Counted from the first letter of the stretch, positions 28,888 through 39,446 are shown. The stretch: DNA of 64,000 bases from Planctomycetota bacterium (GCA_963578605.1 CAUZEA010000001.1:83749-147748); one strand, 5' to 3'. A program made the numbers and translations. Notes: generated by a model from the letters alone, not told the origin.

Positions 28888-29913
28888 ATGCGTACCTTTG
28901 GACAAACTTTCGCGACCGTTTTAGTTCTCACAACCCTGGCCCACGGCGAGGCGCCGGTCGATGTCGAACTCGTAGCTCCACGCGGTTTGCAAGTTACCGC
29001 ACCTCAAGCATGGTTGCAACTGCTCAGCAAGATGCAGTTAGGACAAGTCCGGATTCGCTCAACGAGTCGACCCGGTGGTTCCCGCCTGGAACCGAGCATC
29101 AAGAATCGGGGAACCGAGCAGCACCCCCGCTATCACGTGTTGGGCTTGTTGACAGCGGACGGGAAGCTCGTTTTGCCCGGCGGGACGTTCAAACGTAACG
29201 ATCCTGGAAAGTTGAACGACTACTTCCAGCGCCTCGCAGCCGATGGACCGGAAGGCGTGACCGCTCCGCGGGGAAACTTTGGTCTCACCGAGCGGCAATT
29301 CCATACCGTTCACGATGCACTTGCCACCAAGGTCCGCTTCCCCACGCATGGAAAAACGGTCCAGCAATTCGTCGATCAGCTGGCCAACGAGTTGAGCCTT
29401 CCGTTGGTCCCTGACCAAGACGCCCACCGCGTCCTGCGGAGTGCAGAGCCGGTCACCAACGAAGTCGAGGGGTTATCGGCCGGAACGGCACTGGCAGTCT
29501 TGTTGGGTAACTGTGGGCTGGCACTCCGCCCCGAGAAACCACGGGGTCAGAATCCTCGGTTACAAATTGTTCGCGCTCAACAAGATCTCGAAGTGTGGCC
29601 TGTCGGCTGGAAACCCCAGGAACGCCCACGCGAGCTGGCCCCAGTTCTGTTTGAGTTTCTTAACGTTGAAATTTCCGGCTACTCCCTGGCCGAAGCTCTG
29701 GCCGCAGTCGGTCCGCGTTTAGGGATGCCGCTGTTAATCGACCGGTCAACTCTGGAGCGTCATAACATTGACCCGACTCAAATTAAAATCGAGCTTCCCC
29801 ACACGCGAACCTACTACAAACGGGTGCTTGACCGCATTCTGTCCCAGGCCCGCTTGAAAGGGGAATTGAAGGCGGACGAAGCAGGCAACGTGTTTTACTG
29901 GGTTACCAGGTAG
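28888..29913 (+). CDS. Hypothetical secreted protein
   Basis: The internal ATG gives signal peptide MRTFGQTFATVLVLTTLAHGEA. The longer ORF start at 28750 lacks one. Confidence 0.65.
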   Translation: MRTFGQTFATVLVLTTLAHGEAPVDVELVAPRGLQVTAPQAWLQLLSKMQLGQVRIRSTSRPGGSRLEPSIKNRGTEQHPRYHVLGLLTADGKLVLPGGTFKRNDPGKLNDYFQRLAADGPEGVTAPRGNFGLTERQFHTVHDALATKVRFPTHGKTVQQFVDQLANELSLPLVPDQDAHRVLRSAEPVTNEVEGLSAGTALAVLLGNCGLALRPEKPRGQNPRLQIVRAQQDLEVWPVGWKPQERPRELAPVLFEFLNVEISGYSLAEALAAVGPRLGMPLLIDRSTLERHNIDPTQIKIELPHTRTYYKRVLDRILSQARLKGELKADEAGNVFYWVTR

Positions 29914-30015
29914 CCCAGCAGAACGAAAGCCGCCACCCAGGGGGGACGTCGGTTCGGCAGAACCTACCGGTGGCTTTCTTCTTTCCGACTGCCTCGCGGC
30001 GGGCAAGCGGCGACG

Positions 30016-31824
30016 TCATAGCAATTCGTCGAGTTCTTCGACCAGGCGTTCGAAATAGGCGAGCGCTGACTGGACCGGTTGCCGCTGCTCCATATCTACC
30101 CCCGCGTCCCGGAGCAACTCGAGCGGGTATTTTGAGCACCCCCCCTTGAGAAAGGAGAGGTACTCGTTCAGTTCCTGGGAACCACCATTCATGACCCGCT
30201 CGCTGAGCGCGATCGCGGCAGACAACCCGGTCGCATACTTATAGACATAAAAGGCGCGGTAAAAGTGCGGGATCCGGAAGCACTCCAGCGCCAGGCACTG
30301 GTCCCGTACAAAATCAGGACCGAAATACTGCTCGAGCAACAAGCTGTACGCCTGTTTGAACCAGTCGACCGTAAGCGGCTCTCCCGACTCTGCTGCTTCG
30401 TGGGCAATCTTCTCGAACTCTGCAAACATGGTTTGGCGAATGATGGTCCCTCGAATGGCATCAATTTCACGGTTAATCAGGTAGGCTCGTTGTGCGTCAC
30501 TTTTTGCATTCTGCATCAAGTGTCGTCCCAGTAGTTGCTCGTTAAAGGTACTCGCCACCTCAGCGACAAAAATCGTGTAGTCGTAGTACTCGAACGGCTG
30601 GTGCTGCGCCGAAAGGTGGCTGTGCATCGAGTGACCTGCCTCGTGGGCAAGCGTGAACACGTGGTCGAGCACGTCGGGTTGGTAGTTCATGAGGATGTGC
30701 GGGTCACCGTCGTACGAACCACAGCTAAAGGCGCCGCTCTGCTTGCCTTGATTCGGGTATCGATCGCACCAACGACCTCGCAAACCTGCCTCCAGGACAG
30801 AACAGTACTTGTCGCCCAGCGGTTGCAGGGCCGCAATGATCGTCTTGACGGCCCGGTTCCACGGTTGCCGTACACGGAGCTCACTCAAGATGGGCACATA
30901 GGTATCGTAATGGTGAAGATCCCGCAAACGCATCTTGCGACGACGGATCTCAAAATAGCGATAGAGCACCGACAGTTTTTCGTGTACGGCATCGATCAGG
31001 TTGTCGTACACGGCAACCGGCACATTGTCTTTGAATAACGATTTTTCTCGGGCACTCGCAAAACCACGCGCCTTGGCATAGTAAACATCGCGCTGAATCG
31101 ACCCGCTCAACGTGGCGGCCAGCGTATTTTCGTGTGCCGAGAACTGCTCATAGTACTGATGGAATGCCTTTTGCCGCACGCGCCGTTTGGGAGAATGCAA
31201 GAAAACGGAGAACGTCGCATGGGAAAGTTCCACGTCGTCACCCGCTTCATTGCGGACGGTTCCAAACTTGAGATCTGCATCGGTTAGTTGACGGAAGACT
31301 TTGCTGGCTGCCCGGGACATTTCGGCCTGCATCGCGAGGAGTTTTTCTTCGCTCCTGGCAAGCGTATGGGGCTGATGACGCAGCAACCGCTGGAGCTTCA
31401 GCCGATACGGCCGGAGTTCCCTGGCCGGAAGAAACCGTTTCAGACGGGACTTGGAGATGGCAAGGATTTCAGGACGTATGAAACTGGCTGCCTGGGCAGC
31501 CTTGCTGTCAGCGTGCTGATAGCGACCTTGCATCCGTTGATAGGTGCTGTTGGCCGTATCCTCGGTCGTTTTCAAAAAGGCGTATGTCTCGAGCTTTTCG
31601 GCAGTCCGCTCAAACTGACTGTCAAATCGCAAACAACTCGCCAACGCTGCGGCACTGTCGCCCAGGGTCGCGCAAAACTTTTCGTAGCGGGGAATGGTCT
31701 TTTCCCACTTCTGGAATGCCTTTTCCCATGCCTTGTCGTTGGGAAACAAGCTGGAAAGATCCCAGGTATCGGCTGGTCTGGTTTTCGTTCGTGGCGGAAG
31801 TTTGTGTGCTTTGCTCATAAACAA
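30016..31824 (-). CDS. pepF: Oligoendopeptidase F (M3B family)
   Basis: TLAHEAGHSMHS zinc motif. Length about 600 aa, with family-typical N-terminus WDLSSLFPNDKAWEKAF. Confidence 0.9.
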   Translation of the reverse strand: MFMSKAHKLPPRTKTRPADTWDLSSLFPNDKAWEKAFQKWEKTIPRYEKFCATLGDSAAALASCLRFDSQFERTAEKLETYAFLKTTEDTANSTYQRMQGRYQHADSKAAQAASFIRPEILAISKSRLKRFLPARELRPYRLKLQRLLRHQPHTLARSEEKLLAMQAEMSRAASKVFRQLTDADLKFGTVRNEAGDDVELSHATFSVFLHSPKRRVRQKAFHQYYEQFSAHENTLAATLSGSIQRDVYYAKARGFASAREKSLFKDNVPVAVYDNLIDAVHEKLSVLYRYFEIRRRKMRLRDLHHYDTYVPILSELRVRQPWNRAVKTIIAALQPLGDKYCSVLEAGLRGRWCDRYPNQGKQSGAFSCGSYDGDPHILMNYQPDVLDHVFTLAHEAGHSMHSHLSAQHQPFEYYDYTIFVAEVASTFNEQLLGRHLMQNAKSDAQRAYLINREIDAIRGTIIRQTMFAEFEKIAHEAAESGEPLTVDWFKQAYSLLLEQYFGPDFVRDQCLALECFRIPHFYRAFYVYKYATGLSAAIALSERVMNGGSQELNEYLSFLKGGCSKYPLELLRDAGVDMEQRQPVQSALAYFERLVEELDELL

Positions 31825-32008
31825 TCGTGGGTGGCATGCAATCAGCGCGGAGGGTCGCGGAACCGATCACGAAAACTACAATATGAAGGACAACGACTTC
31901 GTTGGGGGCAAACTCCAAAAGCGACTCGCACCGAGTGGGGAAAGCAAAAAATGGGGTGTTCGTGCGTTGGACTCAATCGCCTGGCCGCCGGCGGCCATCC
32001 GTAAAACA

Positions 32009-33028
32009 TCACCAGGAAAGCAGCGCCGTACCCCAGGAAAGTCCGGCACCAAACCCACACAAGAGAAGTCGGTCACCGGGGGAAATCAGGCCTGCACGAA
32101 GCGACTCGTCCAGCGCGATAGGAATCGAGCCGGTCGACGTGTTGCCGTAATGATCCAGGTGCATAACAACCTTTTTACGGTCGATGCTCATGCTCTCGAC
32201 AACCGCTTCGAGAATCCGCTCGTTCGCCTGGTGAAACAACCAAAGTCGCACGCTTTCCGCAGGACATTCAGCCGCCTCCAGTATTTGTTTCGACGAGTCC
32301 TCGACGAGTCTCACAGCCCATTTGAAAACACTCCGGCCATCCATCTCCAAATACCATCGTTCCCCACTGGTGCAATCGGTCGTAAATGGCTGCTTGGAGC
32401 CACCAACAGGGCGCTTGAGCAAATCGGCACCTGACCCGTCGGCACCAAGCGTGTACGCATCCAGGCCCTGTTCTGGGTCTCCAGGCGCCAAAACCACTGC
32501 CCCTGCACCGTCGCCAAACAAGGGATAGGTACGTTTGTCTTGCGGATTGGTGATTCGCGAATTGATATCAGCACCAATAATCAGGGCACGACGGCTACAC
32601 CCGGTTGCCACGTACTGAAAACCAGTCACCATGGCATATAAAAACCCGGCACAAGCCGCGGACAAATCGACGGCCGCGCAATGCAAACCCAACTGATGCT
32701 GGACTTGGGTAGCCGTCGCCGGTAACAGATAGTCGGGAGTCATGGTTGCCATAAGCAACACGTCGATGTCGCGGTGTGCAACACCAGCGGCTTCGATGGC
32801 GTTTTGGGCAGCGCTGACTGCCATATCACTGGTGGTCATGTCTGAGGGCGCATGACGACGTTCTTGAATACCGGTCCGCTGAAGGATCCAGTCAGCATCG
32901 CAACCGAGCGAAGCGAGGTCGTCGTTCGTGACCACGTTGTCAGGCAAGAAGCTTCCCGTGCCAACAATTTGCACACCCGAAAGCTTGCGAATGGGTGAAC
33001 GGCTGAGTGGTTCGGCTGCGTCTGACAT
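32009..33028 (-). CDS. fabH: 3-oxoacyl-ACP synthase III
   Basis: DLSAACAGFLYAM (active Cys), FHQANERILE, HYGNTSTGSIPIAL, GFGAGLSWG. Confidence 0.9.
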   Translation of the reverse strand: MSDAAEPLSRSPIRKLSGVQIVGTGSFLPDNVVTNDDLASLGCDADWILQRTGIQERRHAPSDMTTSDMAVSAAQNAIEAAGVAHRDIDVLLMATMTPDYLLPATATQVQHQLGLHCAAVDLSAACAGFLYAMVTGFQYVATGCSRRALIIGADINSRITNPQDKRTYPLFGDGAGAVVLAPGDPEQGLDAYTLGADGSGADLLKRPVGGSKQPFTTDCTSGERWYLEMDGRSVFKWAVRLVEDSSKQILEAAECPAESVRLWLFHQANERILEAVVESMSIDRKKVVMHLDHYGNTSTGSIPIALDESLRAGLISPGDRLLLCGFGAGLSWGTALLSW

Positions 33029-33211
33029 CGGACAGTTTGGCACGCCTGGGAAAGGCGAGTTTAAAAGCGGAGTAGGATGGGGACTGCAGGGTAAGTCTTT
33101 GCAGCAGTTTGGGCAAGCCCGCCGTTTTTTCTGCCAGGTCCACCTCCCTGAAACCTGACCGGAATGACGTTCTAACCCGCCTCCCCCAACGACTGCGGTG
33201 GTCCGCGGTTC

Positions 33212-33892
33212 TCATGCGACCGCGGCCGAACGCTTGACTTCGTACAGCCATGCATTTCCCTGTTTACCTACGGTCCGCAAGGCTTTCATTTCTCGCAAAC
33301 AGTAGGCCATGCGTTGGGCAATCCACCGCTCAACTGCCAACTGCTTAGCCAAGTCCCCGGTATGAAAGGGAGTTGGCAAGTTCTCCGGAAGTAACCGGCA
33401 AAGATCTCCAAGCGTACGAAATGAAACTTCCTCGACGATTTCCGTCAGCTGCTGATCCTCGACCTCAAAGTCCGTGGCGCGGCGCCAACGACGCCGGCCG
33501 TGCCCCGGATAACGTAATTCCTGAACTTCGACCAGAGGTACGCGGAGTGTGAGTCGTTTGTGGGGAAACACCTTGGTAAAATAGACCAGTTCATCGAAGA
33601 TACTGAGAAGTTGTCCGCGTTTGGGGCTCCACCGACGCGATTCTTCGCGCCCTCCTTTACGACTTTGCTTGACTAAAGACTTCCTGACGACAATCGGTTT
33701 GACGACGTGCACCGTGTGACGCTTGAGCAGTTTGTGCAACTTGTCGCGTATGGCGGCCAGCGACCCATGTTGAATTTCGACGAGAGTCCCGCCATTGACG
33801 ACGTCAATTCGAAACCCATCGACGGGAACCTCGTACCGTGCGTGGGGTCGGGCGTAGTGTTCCTTCAACTGTCGGTGGAGCGAAGTTTCCAT
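33212..33892 (-). CDS. Hypothetical protein with a CoiA-like / PD-(D/E)xK-type N-terminal motif and a basic C-terminal region
   Basis: METSLHRQLKEHY...VPVDGFRIDVVNGGTLVEIQHGSLAAIRDKL resembles the H...D-x(n)-E-x-Q/K core of CoiA-type nucleases. This is recognition by eye only. Confidence 0.5.
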   Translation of the reverse strand: METSLHRQLKEHYARPHARYEVPVDGFRIDVVNGGTLVEIQHGSLAAIRDKLHKLLKRHTVHVVKPIVVRKSLVKQSRKGGREESRRWSPKRGQLLSIFDELVYFTKVFPHKRLTLRVPLVEVQELRYPGHGRRRWRRATDFEVEDQQLTEIVEEVSFRTLGDLCRLLPENLPTPFHTGDLAKQLAVERWIAQRMAYCLREMKALRTVGKQGNAWLYEVKRSAAVA

Positions 33893-34074
33893 AGCACCGC
33901 TCTGGGGATCAGAAAATCAGGCTGCAACCGTGGCCTGCACTTCGGTGCACCGCTTAACCCTTCCTTGGACTGGCGGTTTCACCGTTGGGGATTTCCACTC
34001 CAACCTGCGTGGGGAGAGGCTCCGGGGGAAAATCGACCGTGATGGATATCTCTCCGACCGCGGAGGATGATGTC

Positions 34075-34629
34075 TCAAGCAGGCTCAACCTCAACATCAA
34101 AGTCAGCAATCGTAAAAAGCGTATCGAGGCGATAGCCACGGGCACTAAAAGCCTCACGTCCCCCTTCGAGCCGATCCACAATCGCCAACACACGCTCGAC
34201 CCTCAAGCCAACCGCCTCACAGTGCTCGATGGCTTTGAGACTTGAGCCGCCCGTGGTAACGACATCTTCGACAATCACCAGTCGCTCACCTTCACGAAAG
34301 GGCCCTTCGACAAATCGATCGGTACCATGCCCCTTCGTCTCTTTGCGAACCATGACACCTCGCAGTGGGATGTTGCGGATCCCTGCCAAGGTGAGGATCG
34401 CGGCGGTGATGGGATCGGCGCCGATTACCATGCCACCCACCAGGTCGGGAAGTTCGTCGCCCAAAAGGGCCAACATACCCTCGCCGATTAACCTGGCTCC
34501 CGCCGCATCCAGGGTGACCTGCCGGCAGTCAAGGTAGTAGTTTGCCTGGAGGCCTGAGGCAAGCGTAAATTTGCCAAATTGCAGGGCATGTTCGCGAATA
34601 AGCGCCTGGAGTGCATCTCGATCGTACAT
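34075..34629 (-). CDS. pyrE: Orotate phosphoribosyltransferase
   Basis: FTLASGLQANYYLDCR, PRPP loop LVIVEDVVTTGGS. Confidence 0.9.
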   Translation of the reverse strand: MYDRDALQALIREHALQFGKFTLASGLQANYYLDCRQVTLDAAGARLIGEGMLALLGDELPDLVGGMVIGADPITAAILTLAGIRNIPLRGVMVRKETKGHGTDRFVEGPFREGERLVIVEDVVTTGGSSLKAIEHCEAVGLRVERVLAIVDRLEGGREAFSARGYRLDTLFTIADFDVEVEPA

Positions 34630-34642
34630 AGGCCTTAACTAG

Positions 34643-35944
34643 TTACCGACGGATAATCACCATCGAACCAACCGACAGTATGTCCGACAGCTCTTTGGCA
34701 TCGCGCTGCGTCATCTGAAGATTTGCCGACGAAGAACTAGCTCGACCTGTCAGCCCCGAAGTACTTCCCAAGGTAAGGGTCGCGGGAGGCTGGGTCGTCG
34801 CCGTACTTTTCAAAAGTAACATGCGGTCGACAACAGGTTTCGCGGGTAGCGTGATCACCGTACTGATCTGGGAAATATTGCCACCAGAACCAGGCATCAC
34901 CAACTTCTCTTCAACCAACCATTCCCCTTCGCCAAACGTAGCCATCGAAGGAACCGTTACCGTGAACTTACCTGCGTAGCGCCCCTGAAGCAACAGGGTC
35001 AACTCACCCGCCGAAAGGTTGAGCATCCCCATGAAGGGGCCACGCACGACTTTCAGCTTTTGACCAGGCAGGACAGCGTCAGGAACGCTGACTCCGTTGA
35101 CGTTCGCCAGCAATTGCCAAGGCACCTGATACTGCTGGGCGATCGAAACAAGCGTGTCTCCTTCCCGCACCGTGTAGGGAGGTTCCAGCAGGTGCTCGGT
35201 TGAATAAATCACCGTACCCGCAAGTTGGTTTAACAACGTCTCGAGTTCTTTCTGCTGGTCGGTTGAAAGGGATCGATCGCCGTAAAATTGGGAAAGCAAC
35301 AAATGGGCCTGGGCAAGTTCTCCCTGCTGAAGTTTGGCCTGAATACTTGGTCTGGCCATCGCGTAGGAACCTGTCGGAGTGGCCAGTTCTGCGGCTTTCG
35401 GTGGAGCTACCTCGACAAGCTCAGCAGGTGTGGTTGACATGGCCGCATCTCTACTCGCTAACGGCGATCCTGCCGGCGGCTGCGTGGCGGCTACCGGTTC
35501 CGCGGGCGACGAACCCTCACGGTAGTTTGCGGTGGGAACCGTACGCGGAACCGCTGGCGGTGTGATGACCGCCGGAGGCGTGGCCGGTTCTTGAGGTGCG
35601 GGCGGTCCCAAAGGAGGAAGCTCCGGGATTTGAGGAAGCGCCGGGATTTCGGGGATCGCAGGCAAACCGGCTGGGCTTTCAGCAGCGGGCGGCGCGGTGG
35701 CAGCCGATGCCCGACTGTCAGGTACCGCTGAATTCACCTGCGGTGGTGGAGGGGTCCAGGCAGGCGGCGCCGAAGCTGGGGGCGGCGACGCAGTGTCGTC
35801 CAAACCTGGGACACCCGAGGTGAGTTCCCAGGCCGAGTCGGTCGAACTGCTCACCTCAGGCCCTTCCTGAATTTTGAAGTAGAGGAAGACACCCACCACC
35901 GTTAGGATCGTGATCGTGACTAGTGGTCGGATAGATTTCATCAT
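34643..35944 (-). CDS. Membrane-anchored Pro-rich LysM protein with a degenerate YkuD (L,D-transpeptidase)-like C-terminal domain
   Basis: Start MMKSIRPLVTITILTVVGVFLYF. LysM: YTVREGDTLVSIAQQYQVPWQLLANVNG...LPGQKLKV. C-terminal: LNLSAGELTLLLQGRYAGKFTVTV...SSSANLQMTQRDAKELSDILSVGSMVIIRR. Confidence 0.75.
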   Translation of the reverse strand: MMKSIRPLVTITILTVVGVFLYFKIQEGPEVSSSTDSAWELTSGVPGLDDTASPPPASAPPAWTPPPPQVNSAVPDSRASAATAPPAAESPAGLPAIPEIPALPQIPELPPLGPPAPQEPATPPAVITPPAVPRTVPTANYREGSSPAEPVAATQPPAGSPLASRDAAMSTTPAELVEVAPPKAAELATPTGSYAMARPSIQAKLQQGELAQAHLLLSQFYGDRSLSTDQQKELETLLNQLAGTVIYSTEHLLEPPYTVREGDTLVSIAQQYQVPWQLLANVNGVSVPDAVLPGQKLKVVRGPFMGMLNLSAGELTLLLQGRYAGKFTVTVPSMATFGEGEWLVEEKLVMPGSGGNISQISTVITLPAKPVVDRMLLLKSTATTQPPATLTLGSTSGLTGRASSSSANLQMTQRDAKELSDILSVGSMVIIRR

Positions 35945-36067
35945 TCGTCCTCCTTGACGTCGTGTTGAATGGGTATGGATTGACCGGGTTCGGAATGGAT
36001 CGACCGGGCAGGTTTTTAGCACCCCCCTTGGATCGCCGAAGTTAAGCCCGCACCTTTCGGGGCATCG

Positions 36068-36337
36068 ATGGTTGCACAATTCGATACCAACAACGAACTC
36101 GAAGACTGGGAATACCCGGATGACCCTTCAGACGATGACTCGTTCGTTGACGAACCGGCACTGGTCCCTTGCCCTGAATGCGGTGCCCAAATGCTTGAGG
36201 ACCTGGAGCAATGTCCAACCTGTGGCCAGTATGTCAGCTTTTCAACCAGTGCCTGGGAGGGTAAATCGGTTGGCTGGATGTTGTTGGGTGTACTTGGTGT
36301 GGGTGCACTCATCCTTGCGCTTTTGTTCGGCATGTGA
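36068..36337 (+). CDS. Small zinc-ribbon protein with a C-terminal TM helix
   Basis: CPECGAQM...CPTCGQYV followed by GWMLLGVLGVGALILALLFGM. Has an acidic N-terminus. Confidence 0.5.
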   Translation: MVAQFDTNNELEDWEYPDDPSDDDSFVDEPALVPCPECGAQMLEDLEQCPTCGQYVSFSTSAWEGKSVGWMLLGVLGVGALILALLFGM

Positions 36338-36474
36338 AGTTGTTGGTCAACGGCGCAAAAATCCGGTCGTGGATCGTAAAGTAAACCCGAATTTGCCACC
36401 ACACCGGATTCGGACCTCAAAACTTGGGACAGGTCGAATGCCAGCACGGCTAGCATCCTGCTGACCAACAGCCA

Positions 36475-37830
36475 CTACGCGTTGGAGTTTGTTTCGGCTT
36501 CCCCCCGCAAGATCGCGCGAATTTTTCCGAGTCGCCTGGCCAGCTCCTGTTCAAAGCCGCGCTCGACCGGGCGGTAATACTCACGCGTGACTCCTAAATA
36601 ATCCTGGGCTGCCACAGCTCCTTCGGCATCGTGGGCATACTGATAGCCATCCCCATGTCCCAGCTGTGCGGCACCTGCATAGTGGCGATCGCGGAGTTGC
36701 CTGGGCACCGGCACGATCCTCGCTTCGGTGACGTCGCGGCGGGCTTCGGCAATGGCAACCGTCGCCGCGTTCGACTTGGGTGCACATGCCAGGTAGGTCA
36801 CGGCTTGAGCCAGGGTGAGTTGGCATTCAGGAAGTCCAACCAGCTCGCACGCTTGCATCGCAGCCACGGCCAGGGGCAAAGCATTTGGATCGGCATTGCC
36901 GACATCCTCACTGGCAAGAATCACCAGGCGGCGGGTAAGAAACCGGACATCTTCGCCACCCTCCAGCATGCGGGCCAGCCAGTAGATCCCCGCATCAGGA
37001 TCACTACCCCGGATACTCTTGATCAGCGCGCTGGCCGCATCGTAGTGTTCGTCACCGGCCGCATCGTAACGAATCGCCTTGCGCTGGACAGCATCGGCTA
37101 TCTGTTCGAGGGTGAGCTGCAGCGGGCTGGGTGGCTCTGTGCGAAAGAGATCGCTGGAAAGGACGGCGATCTCTAAAGTGCTGAGTGCCCGACGTGCATC
37201 ACCGTCGGAAACTTCTGCCAGGAAATCAAGTGCGTTATCATCGAGACCTACTTCGTACCGCCCGAAGCCACGCTCGGCATCGGCTACTGCCCGCTCAAGG
37301 ATTTCTTTAACGTCAACCACCGAAAGTGGTTCAAATTGGAAGACGTGGCTACGACTTACCAAGGCATCATTGACCGTAAAAAACGGGTTGGAGGTGGTGG
37401 CGCCAACGAGAATGACAACCCCATTCTCGACATCGGGTAACAACACATCTTGCTGCGCCTTGTTAAAACGATGGATTTCGTCAATGAAGAGTAAAGTTTG
37501 CTTGCCGCTGGTCACCAATTCGTTGTCTGCATCTTCCAACAACGCCCGAAGTTCTTTGACACCGCTCGTCACGGCGCTGAGTTGTCGAAATCGACATTGG
37601 GTCTCCGTTGCCAGGAGTCGAGCCAAGGTCGTTTTGCCCGTACCAGGCGGTCCATAAAAGAGAATGGAACCAAGCCGTTTTGCCTTCAGCATGCGCCACA
37701 ACAACTTTCCCTTGCCGAGAAAATGTTGCTGCCCACAAAACTCTGCGAGGCATCTGGGGCGCATGCGGGCCGGAAGCGGCTGGGCCCGCTCCCTGTTTTT
37801 CGCTTCACTGGCTGCAAATAAATCGCTCAT
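36475..37830 (-). CDS. rarA: Replication-associated recombination protein A (AAA+ ATPase)
   Basis: ILFYGPPGTGKTTLARLLA, LFIDEIHRFNKAQQD, C-terminal MgsA domain HYDAASALIKSIRGSDPDAGIYWLARML. Confidence 0.92.
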   Translation of the reverse strand: MSDLFAASEAKNRERAQPLPARMRPRCLAEFCGQQHFLGKGKLLWRMLKAKRLGSILFYGPPGTGKTTLARLLATETQCRFRQLSAVTSGVKELRALLEDADNELVTSGKQTLLFIDEIHRFNKAQQDVLLPDVENGVVILVGATTSNPFFTVNDALVSRSHVFQFEPLSVVDVKEILERAVADAERGFGRYEVGLDDNALDFLAEVSDGDARRALSTLEIAVLSSDLFRTEPPSPLQLTLEQIADAVQRKAIRYDAAGDEHYDAASALIKSIRGSDPDAGIYWLARMLEGGEDVRFLTRRLVILASEDVGNADPNALPLAVAAMQACELVGLPECQLTLAQAVTYLACAPKSNAATVAIAEARRDVTEARIVPVPRQLRDRHYAGAAQLGHGDGYQYAHDAEGAVAAQDYLGVTREYYRPVERGFEQELARRLGKIRAILRGEAETNSNA

Positions 37831-38066
37831 AGCATGGATCCGTAGCTTATCATCGAATCGATCGTGGTCATATGATAGTGCGGTCGCGTGCGAAAATTTT
37901 TTGTGCGGGCTGCTGTCGCCTCACAGGCCGGGGCGCCGCCAGTCGCCTTCACGACCCTTCTCTTTTCGCTGGGCTGCGGGCTGACAACTGCTAGGGTGCT
38001 GACGCAACGCATTGTGCCGATCGACTCCGGTTCTGACGAAGCATCACAGCTGCGAAGTGGTGACCG

Positions 38067-38723
38067 TTAGTCCGGCTCGCTGATCCCGCCCGGTGGCAAC
38101 ATCTCCCGCAAAGGGCAGGTGTCGCACTTTGGCGTTTTGCGGCAATAGTCGTGACCAACGCGAACCAGCAGGGCGTGATATTCATTAAACATGGAGGCAT
38201 CGTCGGGCAGGCTGCCCTCAAAGTAGTCTTTGATTTGGTCGTAGTCGGCGTCGTAGCCAATCCAACCATGGCGGGCAAGTACCCGATGGGTATACGTATC
38301 GACGACGAAAGTCGGCACTCCGGCAGCGTAAAGAAGAATAGAATCGGCCGTCTCCGGGCCAATCCCGTTGACCGCCAGGAGTTGTTCGCGGAGTGTCCCC
38401 GGATCGCTTGCGAACATCGCTTCTGTGGAACCAGCGTATTGTTCCACCAGAAGCCGGAGTAGATTTCGCAAGCGATTCGCCTTGATCCGAAAATAGCCTG
38501 CCGGACGAATGAGCTCCTGGAGTTCCTGTTCTGGCAAGTCGAATAGTTGGCGGGGTTCAAGCAAGCCTGCGTCACGGAGATTAGCAATCGCCCCCTCAAC
38601 ATTCTTCCATGATGTGTTCTGCACCAGTACGGCGCCGACCATCACCTCAAAGGGTGATTCCCCGGGCCACCAGTGTTGTGGCCCGAAGACTTCCAGGAGT
38701 CGATCATACAGTTCCGTCAACAC
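38067..38723 (-). CDS. Endonuclease III-related HhH-GPD base-excision repair protein
   Basis: LLAVNGIGPETADSILLYA (HhH), VDTYTHRVLAR, C-terminal Cys cluster CRKTPKCDTCPL. Confidence 0.85.
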   Translation of the reverse strand: MLTELYDRLLEVFGPQHWWPGESPFEVMVGAVLVQNTSWKNVEGAIANLRDAGLLEPRQLFDLPEQELQELIRPAGYFRIKANRLRNLLRLLVEQYAGSTEAMFASDPGTLREQLLAVNGIGPETADSILLYAAGVPTFVVDTYTHRVLARHGWIGYDADYDQIKDYFEGSLPDDASMFNEYHALLVRVGHDYCRKTPKCDTCPLREMLPPGGISEPD

Positions 38724-39343
38724 ATCAGGCCCTTTAATCCCTGAGGCCCGGCCGAGAGCGTGCTCTCTGAAATGCCGAGGGGCACATCGCCGGGAGTGGG
38801 TGTTACCTGCCGACTCCTGAAAATCATGGCAGCTGGTTCTGGCCGCAGTGTGAACACAGCGGGTTCCCTGAAACCCACAGATGGAAATTCTCTCTCAGAA
38901 TTCTGTGTTCAGCATGGGAATCGGACCAAAGCAATTGTGGAGTGAGCACGACGAGTCGTCAACGCGAACAAACACGCCCTTCCACCACGTTTCCTGGAAA
39001 AGCGAGGCTCATGGAAAACCAGCACCGAACACCAGGCAGGCAATCCATCGAACAGACGACCGCGCTAGCTGGTGACAGAACGTGCAGAGGTTTAAGGCAG
39101 CGCAGTTCACCCCGCAAATGGGCGCGCCCTCGACCGTTACCGCCCCGTGAACTTTTAGCAAGCACCCTGGCAGGCTGCCAAAATCGAGGAGCGATCGGGA
39201 TTCCCCATCTGTCGTGCGCGATCAACGGTCCCGAAATCGTCCACGGGGTCTCCACAAGAACAGAAATTACAAGATTGTCAACCCTGAATAAACTGGAGAT
39301 TTTCAGGCGGAGAACCGACCTTTGTAGTCTGTTTCGCCAGTGG

Positions 39344-39407
39344 GTATAATAAAACCTGATTGATGCCAAGGCAACGTATAATGAAACGTGATTGATGCCA
39401 AGGCAAC
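39344..39407. repeat. 32-bp tandem duplication, each copy containing TATAAT
   Basis: gtataataaaacctgattgatgccaaggcaac is followed by gtataatgaaacgtgattgatgccaaggcaac (2 mismatches). It lies 95-158 nt upstream of the GTG at 39502. Confidence 0.9.
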
Positions 39408-39446
39408 ATTGAAGCAACCATGGTGATGGATAAAAAGAGCCTGCAG

